The notes beneath the pieces were generated by a model that saw nothing but the letters and a program-made list of their open reading frames with translations, did no database searches and was not told where the DNA came from. Both the position numbers and the translations under genes were made by a program. 35,785 bases of DNA from an uncultured Ignavibacteriales bacterium (GTDB lineage Bacteria > Zixibacteria > MSB-5A5 > GN15 > JAAZOE01): assembly GCA_964611355.1 (NCBI GenBank), contig CAZSYD010000023.1, forward strand, positions 1-35,785, read 5' to 3'. Shown one piece after another: positions 17,253 through 27,687 of this stretch. Positions within the stretch are counted from its first letter, which is position 1. Each line of letters starts with the position of its first letter.

Positions 17253-18370
17253 CCGGCTGTAATCCTGATTAAACTCGCTTCAAGTTTGTCAAGCATCGTT
17301 TTCAATCTGAAATTATCCTCAAAACGGATATGACCGGCCCGGCCAAACCGCTCTCGCAACGACGAGTCATTATAAAACCTCTCGATTGCATTTGTCAACT
17401 GCCGGGGATCGGCCGGATCAACCAAAAGAGCCGTTTTATCTTCGGCGACCACCTCCGGAATACCGCCGACGCGCGTAGCCACGACCGGCAAACCGGCCGC
17501 CATCGCCTCCACCAGAACGATGCCAAAAGGCTCAATAATCGCCGGATGAACGTAAAGATCGGCCCCGAAAACGGCCCTTTGATGATCTTCAAGCATACCG
17601 CCAAAAATAAAACGGTCGGCAAGATTATAACCGTTGATTTGCTTTGTAAGAGATGCTTTCAGCGGACCGTCGCCCAGAAACAGAAAAAAGATATTATCAT
17701 ACCTTGCAGCCAGCTCACGGGCCGCTTCGACCAGGTGGCAATGCCCTTTTTGTTTGACAAACCGGCCTGAAGTCAGGCAGACGAAGGCGTTATCCGGCAT
17801 ATTAAAGCGACGACGAAGATAACTTTCCCCTTCTTCCCGGTTGCCATGCCAGATTTTATCGTCAATCCCGATAGGTATAACGTCAAATAATGATTTGTCG
17901 ATATATCCGGATACGACAATTTCGTCCCGCAGATATTTTGAAGGGACTATCGCCCGGTCAACAAAGTTTGAAAATAGATACCGGTGTGAGAGCGTTTTTC
18001 TTGCCAGATTCACTCCCGGCGTCCAGATAATTTTATATTTCCCGGCAAGTTTGCGCGCCAGACCGGCCAGGCGCACATCCCTTACGAAGTTGCAAAGCAT
18101 AACATTTATATTATGCCGTCCCGCATAACCGGCAAGGCGCTTAATGGTTGCCGGATTAAAATCGCCGGAGTGTTTAAGAGGTATGATTTCCGTATTGTCA
18201 TGTACCGCGACACGATTGAGAAATTGAGATTCTTCGCGACCGGCAAACCGCACCCTGTGCCCTCGTTTCGCCAACCCCACGCCGCACAATTCCATCCAGT
18301 TTTCCAGGCCCCCCCAGACGGTTTTTTCAATAGAGTTGAGGAAAAGTATATTAAGATTCTTCGGGGGCAT
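17249..18370 (-). CDS. Glycosyltransferase family 4
   Basis: WGGLE, QKGH, EPFGIVLVEAMAAGLPVV. ATG 18370 is preferred because it limits the overlap with the upstream ABC gene. Confidence 0.9.
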   Translation of the reverse strand: MPPKNLNILFLNSIEKTVWGGLENWMELCGVGLAKRGHRVRFAGREESQFLNRVAVHDNTEIIPLKHSGDFNPATIKRLAGYAGRHNINVMLCNFVRDVRLAGLARKLAGKYKIIWTPGVNLARKTLSHRYLFSNFVDRAIVPSKYLRDEIVVSGYIDKSLFDVIPIGIDDKIWHGNREEGESYLRRRFNMPDNAFVCLTSGRFVKQKGHCHLVEAARELAARYDNIFFLFLGDGPLKASLTKQINGYNLADRFIFGGMLEDHQRAVFGADLYVHPAIIEPFGIVLVEAMAAGLPVVATRVGGIPEVVAEDKTALLVDPADPRQLTNAIERFYNDSSLRERFGRAGHIRFEDNFRLKTMLDKLEASLIRITAG

Positions 18371-20267
18371 GGTTATTCCGAAACTGCATTCGGTAAAGGC
18401 GGGCATACAGGCCGCCCTGCTTAAGAAGCGACTGATGCGTTCCCTTTTGGATTATCCTGCCCTTATCCATTACCTGTATCTTATCGGCCGATGTAATGGT
18501 CGAAAGGCGGTGAGCGATCACAAGTGTGGTTCGTCCCTCCATCAGGCGGTTGATCGCCTCCTGCACCTGGATTTCAGATTCCGTATCAAGGGCCGAGGTC
18601 GCCTCGTCAAAGATAAGAATTTGCGGGTTCTTGAGAAGAGCGCGCGCTATCGCCAGCCGCTGCCGCTGACCGCCGGAAAGCATCACTCCCCGATTGCCGA
18701 TTATCGTTTCATATTTCTCCGGCAGTTGTTCAATGAATTCGTGAGCGTTGGCCATTCCGGCGGCGGCCATTAGTTTTTCATCGGGCAGGCCGTCCATACC
18801 ATAAGCGATGTTATGCCGCACGGAATCGTTGAAAAGAAACGTTTCCTGCGTAACAATACCCATCAGCGAACGAAGGTCTTTTGTCGATACCGTCCTGATA
18901 TCCGTTCCGTCGATGGTGATATTTCCTTCCAGGGGATCATAGAATCGGGGTAGAAGATCAAACAATGTCGATTTGCCGCCGCCGCTGGGCCCCACCAGCG
19001 CCATTATCTCGCCCTTTTTCACTTCAAACGAGACGTGATCGATCACCCTGCTGCCGGCCTTGTACGAAAAAACAATATCGTTAAACCGGATTGAATCGTT
19101 AAAGCCGTCAAGGCGGCAGGGATGTTTCGGCTCCAGAACCAGTGGCGGCGTTTCCAGAACCTCAAATATCCGTCCCGCCGCCGCCATTCCTTCCTGTATT
19201 TTAATATGAATATTGGAAAGCGATTTAATCGGTTTGATCAGCGAAAACATGGCAAAAACAAAGATGATAAAATCTTCCGCTTTCAGGGTCGATTCGGCCG
19301 TCAGGATTTTCGTTCCGGCGTACCAGAGAATAAAGACTCCGGCGATGGTGGCCATCATATCGTTGATTGGCGTGGCCAGCATTCGCACGCGGGTCATTTT
19401 CAGAAGCGACTTGAAATACCGTTTTGTGGCGACGAAAAATTTGCCGATTTCGAACCTGTCCATGGCAAATGCCTTGACGATGCGGATATTGGAAACGGTT
19501 TCTTCGAGGACCGCATTGACATCAGCCATTCTTTCCTGAGAGCGGAAAGAATACTTTCTAAGCTTGCGGCCGACCTTATAGATAAACAGAAAGATAACAG
19601 GCAATACCAGCGCGGCCAGAAAGGTAAGTTTCCAACTCAGGATAATCAGAAAAGAAGCGAATATTACAACCGCCAGGGCGTCGGCCACCAGGTGGTTGAA
19701 ACCGATGTCGATCGTTTCGTTTAAGACAACCACGTCATTGGTCACGCGAGAAATCAAAAGCCCCGTGCGGGTTTTGTGGAAATAGGCCAGCGACAACCTC
19801 TGGTAATGCTCAAACAGCCGGTTGCGGATATCGCGAATAAACGACTGCTGGACAAAAGCCATAAAAAAGCCCTGAGTGTACAGAAATATATTCTTGAGAA
19901 AGGCGATAATTATTGCCGCCCAGCAGATCCTGAACAGCGTGGTCGTTTTGCTTTCGCGGACGATAACGTTGTTGACATTGCTTTTTATCCACACCTTCGC
20001 CTTATCCGGGACTGCGAGGATTCTATCCAGGAGGCTCTTCTCCTCACCGGTTACGTCAGATTTTGATACCTGCGCCGTCGGTGAAGCCAGGTTGGCAAGG
20101 TCGGAGTAAGCGCCTTCGGGAGTAAAAAGCGTTCCCAGAAGCGGGCCGATCATCCATATCAGCGCTCCAGCCATAGCGCTGTAAAGCATGGCCGAAATCG
20201 AAGCGATTACCAGTCGAAACCAGTACGGCCGGATAAGTCGGAAGGTTTTCAGATACAGGTTATCCAC
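18351..20267 (-). CDS. msbA: MsbA-like lipid A/LPS ABC exporter
   Basis: TMD plus NBD: GPSGGGKST, LSGGQRQR, DEATSALD, AHRLST; lies next to LPS glycosyltransferases. Confidence 0.85.
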   Translation of the reverse strand: MDNLYLKTFRLIRPYWFRLVIASISAMLYSAMAGALIWMIGPLLGTLFTPEGAYSDLANLASPTAQVSKSDVTGEEKSLLDRILAVPDKAKVWIKSNVNNVIVRESKTTTLFRICWAAIIIAFLKNIFLYTQGFFMAFVQQSFIRDIRNRLFEHYQRLSLAYFHKTRTGLLISRVTNDVVVLNETIDIGFNHLVADALAVVIFASFLIILSWKLTFLAALVLPVIFLFIYKVGRKLRKYSFRSQERMADVNAVLEETVSNIRIVKAFAMDRFEIGKFFVATKRYFKSLLKMTRVRMLATPINDMMATIAGVFILWYAGTKILTAESTLKAEDFIIFVFAMFSLIKPIKSLSNIHIKIQEGMAAAGRIFEVLETPPLVLEPKHPCRLDGFNDSIRFNDIVFSYKAGSRVIDHVSFEVKKGEIMALVGPSGGGKSTLFDLLPRFYDPLEGNITIDGTDIRTVSTKDLRSLMGIVTQETFLFNDSVRHNIAYGMDGLPDEKLMAAAGMANAHEFIEQLPEKYETIIGNRGVMLSGGQRQRLAIARALLKNPQILIFDEATSALDTESEIQVQEAINRLMEGRTTLVIAHRLSTITSADKIQVMDKGRIIQKGTHQSLLKQGGLYARLYRMQFRNNHAPEES

Positions 20268-20324
20268 GGGTTTGAAACATAATACAATCGATCCGGCCGG
20301 TCAACCGGCCCAAGTTCATACCGG

Positions 20325-21074
20325 TCAAAAGGAATCAATCCTGACGGCCGTCGCCGGGATGTTAACGGTGAATTTTGGGCGCCTGATTGGAATGTTATAT
20401 TTTTGCTCCCGCATAAAACCCCTGGCGCGGAAGTTGAAATCTTCATTATGGAACAATATGTTCTGAACCTTATAGAACGGAAAGCGGCGGTTGAAGGAAC
20501 CGTACTTGATAACGATCGAGTCGCCGCAGATCGGGTCGATCAGCTTTTCTTTTAATGGATATATCTTCTTTTTCAATCTTACCGTCCGGTCAAAACGGCC
20601 GTCCATATAACTTATTTCCCGGCCGACCGGCACGGCAATATTATCGGTCAATGATTCGCTCTTTTTGCAGGACAACAGGGAAAAAACATATAAAAGCACC
20701 TCGCCCGGCCGGGCGCAGTCGGCCCCCATTTGTATTTCCGCCAGGGGAGCAGAGAAATATTCGTTCCGGCTCTTGAAATAAATGGTAACCATATCGTTTA
20801 TAACGTTTCCCTTGAAGGCTCCCTTACCAAGATAACTCCGTCCATAAAACCCGACCGAATCACCGGAGAAATACAGTTCGGTGGCGACTGAAAATTTCTT
20901 GCCGTTATCATTTATCCGCAGATCAACCAGGTAGGCGGCCGATTGAAATTGCCGGGCTCTCATCCGGGTCAGACGAAAATAATCAATCTGCCCTTGTTCT
21001 TCTTCGATTGGCGGAAGAATCGTACATGATGAGAAAACAAGGAGGGTAAGTGCTATAATGAAAGCGCACCGCAC
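20325..21074 (-). CDS. Putative lipoprotein of unknown function (possibly LolA/LolB-like beta fold)
   Basis: Signal peptide with lipobox-like FSS-C; beta-rich; ends F.V.IP..A..I. Confidence 0.6.
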   Translation of the reverse strand: MRCAFIIALTLLVFSSCTILPPIEEEQGQIDYFRLTRMRARQFQSAAYLVDLRINDNGKKFSVATELYFSGDSVGFYGRSYLGKGAFKGNVINDMVTIYFKSRNEYFSAPLAEIQMGADCARPGEVLLYVFSLLSCKKSESLTDNIAVPVGREISYMDGRFDRTVRLKKKIYPLKEKLIDPICGDSIVIKYGSFNRRFPFYKVQNILFHNEDFNFRARGFMREQKYNIPIRRPKFTVNIPATAVRIDSF

Positions 21075-21078
21075 GAGG

Positions 21079-21717
21079 TTATCCTATCCCGGAAAAGAGA
21101 AATACTACCGCGCGGATAAACGGGCCGAGAATCAACCAGATGATGGAAAACCCGAAAAAATAACCGCTGAGGATAAGAAATATCAAAATCATCGGCGAGA
21201 CCTGCTCGATCCGATCCAGTGTCGGGCCGTACTGCTCCGGTAAAATGTTGCGAAATATATGGGAACCGTCAAGCGGATATATCGGGAGCAGGTTGAAAAA
21301 GGCCAGCGAGACGTTGATGAAAATCATAAGCTGGAGCATCACTATCAGGCCTTCGTTAATGCGTAAAAGATCGAGGACATTCAGGATGCGAAAGACGGTT
21401 CCCGAAATCAGCGCCAGTCCGAGGTTGGAAAGCGGTCCGGCGGCCGAAATCCAGAAATCGTCGCGGCGCAGGTTTTTCAGGTTATAAGGGTTGACCGGCA
21501 CCGGCTTGGCCCAGCCAAAACGAAAATGGGATAAAAACAGCATCAACGTCCCGAAAACATCAAGATGCGCCAGCGGGTTAAGGGTCAACCGACCCATTTC
21601 CCTGGCTGTCGGGTCGCCGCATCTGTAAGCCGTCCAGGCATGGAAATATTCATGCACCGTCAGCGAAAAGATAATTACCGGCGCGGCAATGATTATAGTC
21701 CGCAGATCAAGTCCCAT
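21079..21717 (-). CDS. Site-2 protease, peptidase M50
   Basis: HEYFH, GPLSN, FNLLPIYPLDG. Confidence 0.93.
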   Translation of the reverse strand: MGLDLRTIIIAAPVIIFSLTVHEYFHAWTAYRCGDPTAREMGRLTLNPLAHLDVFGTLMLFLSHFRFGWAKPVPVNPYNLKNLRRDDFWISAAGPLSNLGLALISGTVFRILNVLDLLRINEGLIVMLQLMIFINVSLAFFNLLPIYPLDGSHIFRNILPEQYGPTLDRIEQVSPMILIFLILSGYFFGFSIIWLILGPFIRAVVFLFSGIG

Positions 21718-21778
21718 ATATTAAAACTCCGAAACGCCATAAATACGGCGCATCAGGGTCAAAGTCAAAGATTTTTTC

Positions 21779-23050
21779 CTAAGCATAAACGCCGCGCATT
21801 AAGAGCACGTCGGTAACCCGCTTAACGGCCAGGACATACGACGCCAGGCGCAGCGAGCATTGGTGCTGTTTAGCTGCCATATTAACGTCATTAAAGGCCC
21901 GCACCATATGCTCCTCCAGCCGATCACCAACAACCCGTTCGCTCCAGAAATACCCCATTCGATCCTGCACCCATTCAAAATAGGAAACGGTAACGCCGCC
22001 GGCGTTACAGAGAATATCCGGAATGACCGTTATTCCTTTTTCGTACATGATCCGGTCGGCCTCCGGCGTAGTCGGGCCGTTGGCGCCTTCGCCGACTATC
22101 CTGGCCTTTATGTCCCCGACGTTATCGGCAGTAATCACATTTTCGAGCGCCGCCGGAATCAGGATATCGCAGGGGTAGCCGATAATCTCTTCTCTGTCTA
22201 TCCGAATGGCGTCCGGGAAGCCGGTGATCGTGTCATCGTTTTGCCCGGCATATTCAATGAGCGCTTCCACGTCGATGCCGTCCTTGTTTTCCAAACCGCA
22301 ATTGACGTCGCTGACGGCCACAATTTTGACCCCCATGCGGACCAGTGAACGGGCCGCAATCGAGCCGACGTTGCCAAACCCCTGAATTGCGGCCGTGCAT
22401 TCTTCGAGTTTTATGCCAAGTGAGCGGGCCGCTTCCCTGACTGAAATCCCGACCCCGTTGCCGGTAGCATCACGTCGTCCCCGCGATCCACCCATAACGA
22501 CCGGCTTGCCGGTAACCACCGACGGAGTATAGTCGCGCGAATGCATGCAGTAGGTATCCATTATCCAGGCCATCGTCTGCTCGTTGGTGTTGACATCCGG
22601 CGCGGGAATATCTTTTTCCGGGCCGAGAACATCAATCATATCGGCCGTATAGCGACGGGTCAACCGTTCCAGTTCTCCCAGCGACATCTTCTTCGGATCG
22701 CATGTGATGCCTCCCTTGGCCCCTCCGAACGGGATTCCCATAACCGCGCATTTCCATGTCATCCAGGCCGCCAGAGATTTAACTTCGTCAAGATTTACAT
22801 CCGGATGGTACCTGATACCGCCTTTACCCGGCCCGCGCACAATCGAATGCTGTACCCGGTAGCCGGCAAAAACCTGAAACGATCCGTCATCCATCTGAAT
22901 CGGTAGTTTGACGATAGTAATCCTGCGCGGTTCCTTGATAATTCTAAGGATGTTGGGATCAAGTTGGATCATCTTCGCGGCCTCGTCAAGATGCTGTAGA
23001 ACAAACTCATAGGTTGAGACCGGAATTGTTCTTGAACCAAGTTTGGCCAT
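21779..23050 (-). CDS. gdhA: Glu/Leu/Phe/Val dehydrogenase (glutamate dehydrogenase)
   Basis: GPGKGGIRYH, MTWKCA, PFGGAKGG, PAPDVNT, QGFGNVG, NAGGVTVSYFEW. Confidence 0.93.
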   Translation of the reverse strand: MAKLGSRTIPVSTYEFVLQHLDEAAKMIQLDPNILRIIKEPRRITIVKLPIQMDDGSFQVFAGYRVQHSIVRGPGKGGIRYHPDVNLDEVKSLAAWMTWKCAVMGIPFGGAKGGITCDPKKMSLGELERLTRRYTADMIDVLGPEKDIPAPDVNTNEQTMAWIMDTYCMHSRDYTPSVVTGKPVVMGGSRGRRDATGNGVGISVREAARSLGIKLEECTAAIQGFGNVGSIAARSLVRMGVKIVAVSDVNCGLENKDGIDVEALIEYAGQNDDTITGFPDAIRIDREEIIGYPCDILIPAALENVITADNVGDIKARIVGEGANGPTTPEADRIMYEKGITVIPDILCNAGGVTVSYFEWVQDRMGYFWSERVVGDRLEEHMVRAFNDVNMAAKQHQCSLRLASYVLAVKRVTDVLLMRGVYA

Positions 23051-23103
23051 AATATTCCCTCTTGAGCTTATATGTTATATTTTTGCCGAAAGGTATATAT
23101 GTT

Positions 23104-23688
23104 CTATTTGCGTGAAACGCAATCCGAATTGATATCAAAGAAACGCCACCGTTTTTCGGCGCCTTTCTTAATGCCGATTCTTGTGGAAATGCCAATCTCG
23201 GGCGTTCCGCTGCCGCGATCGACAAGATAAAGTTCCGACCCGGTAAGATCGATACCGTTTTGTTTGCGCGTCAATCCAAAAGCGCGGCAGAATTTCCCCG
23301 GGCCGTTAGTCGGCATTCCGGTATTCGTCGATGAGTTTTCGGCAATTAATTCTTCGCCGAGGACCGGCTCAACGGCGCGAATCAGAACCGCCGCCGGGAA
23401 ACCTTTCTTTTCTGTGACGATATTGAAACAGCTATACATACCATAAATAAAATATATATAACCGTGCCCGCCCAAACCATACATGACAGCGTTGCGCTCG
23501 GTTCTCCCGACCGCTGCATGGCAGGCGGGATCATCTTCGCCGACATAAGCTTCCACTTCAACGATATCGGCCGCCAGCAAACCTTTCCGATGACGGAAGA
23601 CAATGGTTTTCCGCAGAAGTTCTCGGGCGACGGTCAGGGTCGGGCGAAGATAGAATTCCCGCTTCAATTTTTCACCGGTCGGATTCAT
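23104..23688 (-). CDS. mpg: DNA-3-methyladenine glycosylase (AAG/MPG family)
   Basis: IVEVEAY, YIYFIYGMY, VLIRAVEP, NGPGK, RIGI. Confidence 0.93.
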   Translation of the reverse strand: MNPTGEKLKREFYLRPTLTVARELLRKTIVFRHRKGLLAADIVEVEAYVGEDDPACHAAVGRTERNAVMYGLGGHGYIYFIYGMYSCFNIVTEKKGFPAAVLIRAVEPVLGEELIAENSSTNTGMPTNGPGKFCRAFGLTRKQNGIDLTGSELYLVDRGSGTPEIGISTRIGIKKGAEKRWRFFDINSDCVSRK

Positions 23689-23694
23689 ATAACC

Positions 23695-24537
23695 CTATTC
23701 ATTAATATGCGGAAATAGTTCATACGCCACCGCAGCAGCGGCATCGAAATCGAGCGCGATATCTTTGACGTGATGCGCATCCGACCCCAGAGTAACCAAA
23801 CGAACTCCCGACTCGCGCGCCATATTTACTATCTCCATACAAGGATAATACTCATAATGACCATGCCGAATAGCCGAAGTATTAAGTTCATACCCGACGT
23901 CGTGAGCCAGCATTGTCTTGAACAGTTTTTCGATCCGGCCCCGATGAATTGTGTTGACTTCTTCACCGTAGTATTCCAGTCCAAAACGACGATAGATGTC
24001 AAGGTGGGCCAGGCAGTCGACCAGACCGGAACCGGCCATTTTATCGAGCATATCAAAATAGCGGTCGGCCAGTTGCTTGAGTGTATACTTGGCAAACAGC
24101 CCGGGAGCATCATGACGACTGGTAAAACACATGTCGTCGAAGCTATGCACCGCGCCAAGCCGAAAATGAAAATCGAACTTTGATTGTAAATCGGCAATTA
24201 TCTTTTCGCAACCGGGGAAATAACCAAATTCCATCCCCGCCCGAACCATAAGCCCGATATTCCCGTATTCTTCGTGAACTCCGGCAACGTTATCGAGGTA
24301 ATGTTTAACGGCCACATCCGACAGTTTCACCTTTTGGCCGTCGATTTTCAAATATCCATCCAGTTCCTTGCGGGCCGGATTGGCTTCATGATGCGGTGTG
24401 AAACAGATTCCCGACAGGCCAACGTCAAGCGCCGCCTTACACCATTCGTCAAGCGTTCCGTGACCGTCAACCGAATAATCGGGATGGGTATGATAATCGG
24501 CAACCGGGCCGCATTCCAGCTTCATTTTCTCAGGCAA
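23695..24537 (-). CDS. PHP-family histidinol-phosphatase-like protein (start may be ATG 24525)
   Basis: DYHTH, FTPH, GAVH, AHLD, ELNTS, GSDAH. Confidence 0.87.
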   Translation of the reverse strand: MPEKMKLECGPVADYHTHPDYSVDGHGTLDEWCKAALDVGLSGICFTPHHEANPARKELDGYLKIDGQKVKLSDVAVKHYLDNVAGVHEEYGNIGLMVRAGMEFGYFPGCEKIIADLQSKFDFHFRLGAVHSFDDMCFTSRHDAPGLFAKYTLKQLADRYFDMLDKMAGSGLVDCLAHLDIYRRFGLEYYGEEVNTIHRGRIEKLFKTMLAHDVGYELNTSAIRHGHYEYYPCMEIVNMARESGVRLVTLGSDAHHVKDIALDFDAAAAVAYELFPHINE

Positions 24538-25165
24538 AACGCGCCCCCGTCAAAAACGGATTAATCTTTCGTTCCTGCCCTATAGTCGTAACCGGGCCGT
24601 GTCCGGGATAGCATACGGTCTCGTCCGGCAACACCAGAAGCTTTTTTATAATGGAATCAATCAATTGCTCATGGCTACACCCGGGGAAATCGGTTCGACC
24701 GATCGAACCGCAAAAAAGAGTGTCGCCGCAAAATACAATGCCATCCGTATAGTAACATATTCCGCCGGGCGAATGACCCGGCGTCTGTAGGACTGTCAAA
24801 GTAATCGATCCGAAAGAAACGGTATCGCCGTCGACCAGAAGCTTTTCCGGAGGAGAACAGGTTACCGGGTTGCCGAGCATGGCCGAAAAATTTTCAACGG
24901 CTGACCCCAGGAGCAATTCATCCCCTCGACCGGCATAAAGAGGAATATCATACTTTTCCAGAATACCAGAAACAGCGGCAATATGATCGGCGTGGCCGTG
25001 AGTCAAAAGGATCATTTTGGGTTTTAGGCCCAAACGCTCGATCTCACTGATAATACGACCGGCTTCATCACCCGGATCAATGACAGCTCCCTCTCCCTTA
25101 TCCGGGTCGGAGATCAGGTAACAGTTGGTTTCAAACATGCCGACGACGAGGGTAAATATATCCAT
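24530..25165 (-). CDS. MBL-fold metallo-hydrolase (glyoxalase II/YcbL-like)
   Basis: THGHADH, TPGHSPG, GDTLF, GRTDFPG, PGHG. Confidence 0.92.
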   Translation of the reverse strand: MDIFTLVVGMFETNCYLISDPDKGEGAVIDPGDEAGRIISEIERLGLKPKMILLTHGHADHIAAVSGILEKYDIPLYAGRGDELLLGSAVENFSAMLGNPVTCSPPEKLLVDGDTVSFGSITLTVLQTPGHSPGGICYYTDGIVFCGDTLFCGSIGRTDFPGCSHEQLIDSIIKKLLVLPDETVCYPGHGPVTTIGQERKINPFLTGARFA

Positions 25166-25314
25166 CCGCTTTCCCGGTTATAGATTTCATCCCAAACTAT
25201 ATTCCGAGCATAAAAAGGCAACCCAAAAGTTTGGTCGATTCTTTATCGATATTTGCCGCCTGATCTCTCCTGACGGCGTCGGGACATTTTTTACGCTATT
25301 TTTTCCTGTCCATA

Positions 25315-25343
25315 TTGACTATAAACTCCGGATATAGTAATAT
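25315..25343 (+). promoter_or_regulatory. Putative sigma70 promoter of prfB
   Basis: TTGACT-N17-TAATAT. Confidence 0.55.
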
Positions 25344-25371
25344 ATTGACCCTTTTAGGAAAGGTGACGAAG

Positions 25372-26497
25372 ATGGATCACGAGGCGAGAGAAATTACAAG
25401 TGACTTAAGATCAAGGGTTTCCAAGATTGGGAGGTTTCTTTGACCTCGACCGGCGTCGTGAAAAAATTAACAAGCTTGAAAAACAAGCAGCCCAACCCGG
25501 ATTCTGGGACAACTCGGAAACAGCCCAATCGGTAATGCGCGAGCTGGCAACACACAAGAAATTAGTGGAAGATTTCCAAAATCTGGAATCGGAACTGGAC
25601 GATTTGATCGAACTGGGAGAGACGGCAACGGATAGTTCAAATGAGTTGGCCGAGGTAAAGGAAGAACTCGACGATTTCGCTCGGAGAGTAGATAAGTTTG
25701 AGTTGGCCGCTTATCTTTCCGGCAGTGACGATATCCGCAATGCCATCCTGACCATTCACCCCGGGGCCGGGGGAACCGAATCGCAGGATTGGGCCGAAAT
25801 GCTTTTCCGTATGTATAATCGCTGGGCCGAACGACAGGGATTTGCCGTCAACCTGATCGACTCTCAGGCCGGCGAAGAAGCCGGCCTGAAATCAGCGACT
25901 ATGACTATCAGGGGAGAATACGCTTACGGCTATCTGAAATCGGAATCGGGAGTCCACCGCCTGGTCAGAATATCGCCTTTTGACGCCAATCGGCGCCGCC
26001 ACACGTCGTTTGCTTCGGTGCATATTTGCCCTGAAATCGACGATTCCGTAGAAATCAAAATCAGGGATGAAGATCTTCGGATCGATACTTATCGCGCTTC
26101 CGGGGCCGGTGGCCAACATGTCAACAAAACGTCATCGGCGGTGAGAATTACTCACCAGCCGACCGGTATTGTGGTCCAATGCCAGTCGGAAAGAAGCCAG
26201 CACAAAAACCGGGATTCGGCAATGAGAGTCCTTCGCTCCCGCCTGTATCAAAAGGCTCTGGAAGAACGGCAGAAGGAAAAAGAAAAATATTCACAGGACA
26301 AAAAGAAAATCGAATGGGGCAGCCAGATACGCAGTTACGTTTTCCACCCCTATAATATGGTCAAAGACCATCGAACCGACGTGCAAACGTCTGATGTCCA
26401 GAGAGTAATGGACGGCGATCTGGAAATATTTATAAACGCCTTCCTTACCTTAGGCCATACCGGCAATTCGAAAACTGAAATAGAAAACCGGAGGTAA
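25372..26497 (+). CDS. prfB: Peptide chain release factor 2 with a programmed +1 frameshift
   Basis: ATG 25372 gives 23 codons ending GGG AGG TTT CTT TGA C; the +1 frame carries the SPF and GGQ motifs. Confidence 0.97.
25429..25444 (+). other. prfB +1 frameshift cassette
   Basis: Internal SD GGGAGG, 3 nt, then CTT-TGA-C. Confidence 0.95.
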
Positions 26498-26502
26498 CTG
26501 GT

Positions 26503-27495
26503 ATGGATATACTCAGTGTCATAAAAAATAAAGCCAAAAAACTGAATCGCACAGTCGTCCTTCCGGAAGGAAACGAAGAGCGGATGATTATCGCTGCCCG
26601 CCGACTGGTCGAGGAACAGATCGCCCGTGTTATCCTTTTGGGCGACGAAAAGGAGATTTCCGATCTGACCGGAAAGCATGGCCTTGGCACAGATAAAGTG
26701 GAAATCATAAATCCGGTCAACTCACCCGATTTCGAGGGCTTTGTCGATCTTTTATACGAACGTCGCAAAGCTAAGGGCATGACACGGCAACAGGCCGCCG
26801 AATTGATGAAAAAAACCCTGTATTTCGGGGCCGCCCTTGTCAAAACCGGCAAAGCCGATGCCTCTGTAGCCGGCTCGATTAACACCACCGGTAATGTTCT
26901 CCGAGCCGCCCTGCATATCATTGGCCTCGCGCCGGGGATTAAAATCGTGTCGTCGTCTTTTTTAATGACCCTCCCGGAATTCATGGGAGAAAAGGACAAG
27001 GTCTTCATGTTCGCGGACTGCGCCGTCATGCCGAATCCCAACCCGGAAGAACTGGCCTCCATTGCCGCCTCGACCGCCGATACGATGAAAAAGCTCGTCG
27101 GCGAGACGCCTCGTTTGGCCTTCCTTTCATTTTCCACCAAAGGTTCGGCCAATCATTCGGATATCGACAAAGTCCTTGAAGCACTGGAAATATTCAGGAA
27201 CAATTATCCTGATATTCAGGCCGACGGCGAACTGCAACTTGACGCGGCCATTATTCCCAAAGTCGGCGAGAAAAAAGCTCCCGGTTCGCCGGTGGCGGGA
27301 AAAGCCAACGTGCTCATTTTCCCTAACCTTGACGCCGGTAATATCGGATATAAACTGGTTCAGCGAATGGCGGGAGCTACCGCCACCGGCCCGATCATCC
27401 AGGGTCTGGCCAGTCCGGTCAACGATCTTTCCCGCGGATGTTCGGTTGATGATATTGTTGACGTCTCCGCCATTGCCGTACTGATGAAAGGATAA
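26503..27495 (+). CDS. pta: Phosphate acetyltransferase (short form)
   Basis: VLPEG, FADCA, SFSTKGS, DGELQLDAA, GNIGYK, NDLSRG. Confidence 0.95.
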   Translation: MDILSVIKNKAKKLNRTVVLPEGNEERMIIAARRLVEEQIARVILLGDEKEISDLTGKHGLGTDKVEIINPVNSPDFEGFVDLLYERRKAKGMTRQQAAELMKKTLYFGAALVKTGKADASVAGSINTTGNVLRAALHIIGLAPGIKIVSSSFLMTLPEFMGEKDKVFMFADCAVMPNPNPEELASIAASTADTMKKLVGETPRLAFLSFSTKGSANHSDIDKVLEALEIFRNNYPDIQADGELQLDAAIIPKVGEKKAPGSPVAGKANVLIFPNLDAGNIGYKLVQRMAGATATGPIIQGLASPVNDLSRGCSVDDIVDVSAIAVLMKG

Positions 27496-27589
27496 ACGGA
27501 AAATGCCGAGGGCGGGATTAAAAATATATTTAGCTTCAATCCCCCTGTATCCGAGGGACGGAGGAAACGTATATACAGTTAAAAACGGG

Positions 27590-27634
27590 TTGACATCGCC
27601 CGCGAAAAGATGTTATTTTCTCGCGGAAAATAAC
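27590..27634 (+). promoter_or_regulatory. Promoter with an overlapping palindrome upstream of the flotillin gene
   Basis: TTGACA-N18-TATTTT with an extended TG; GTTATTTTC-N5-GAAAATAAC at 27612-27634. Confidence 0.55.
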
Positions 27635-27687
27635 GCTTGTCGGCGGCAACGCAAAGCCGCCTTTTTATCTTGAAGGAGAGCATAATC

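Noticed and set aside
25427..25443. prfB as a pseudogene or TTG-started gene
   Set aside because: Explained by the canonical programmed frameshift.
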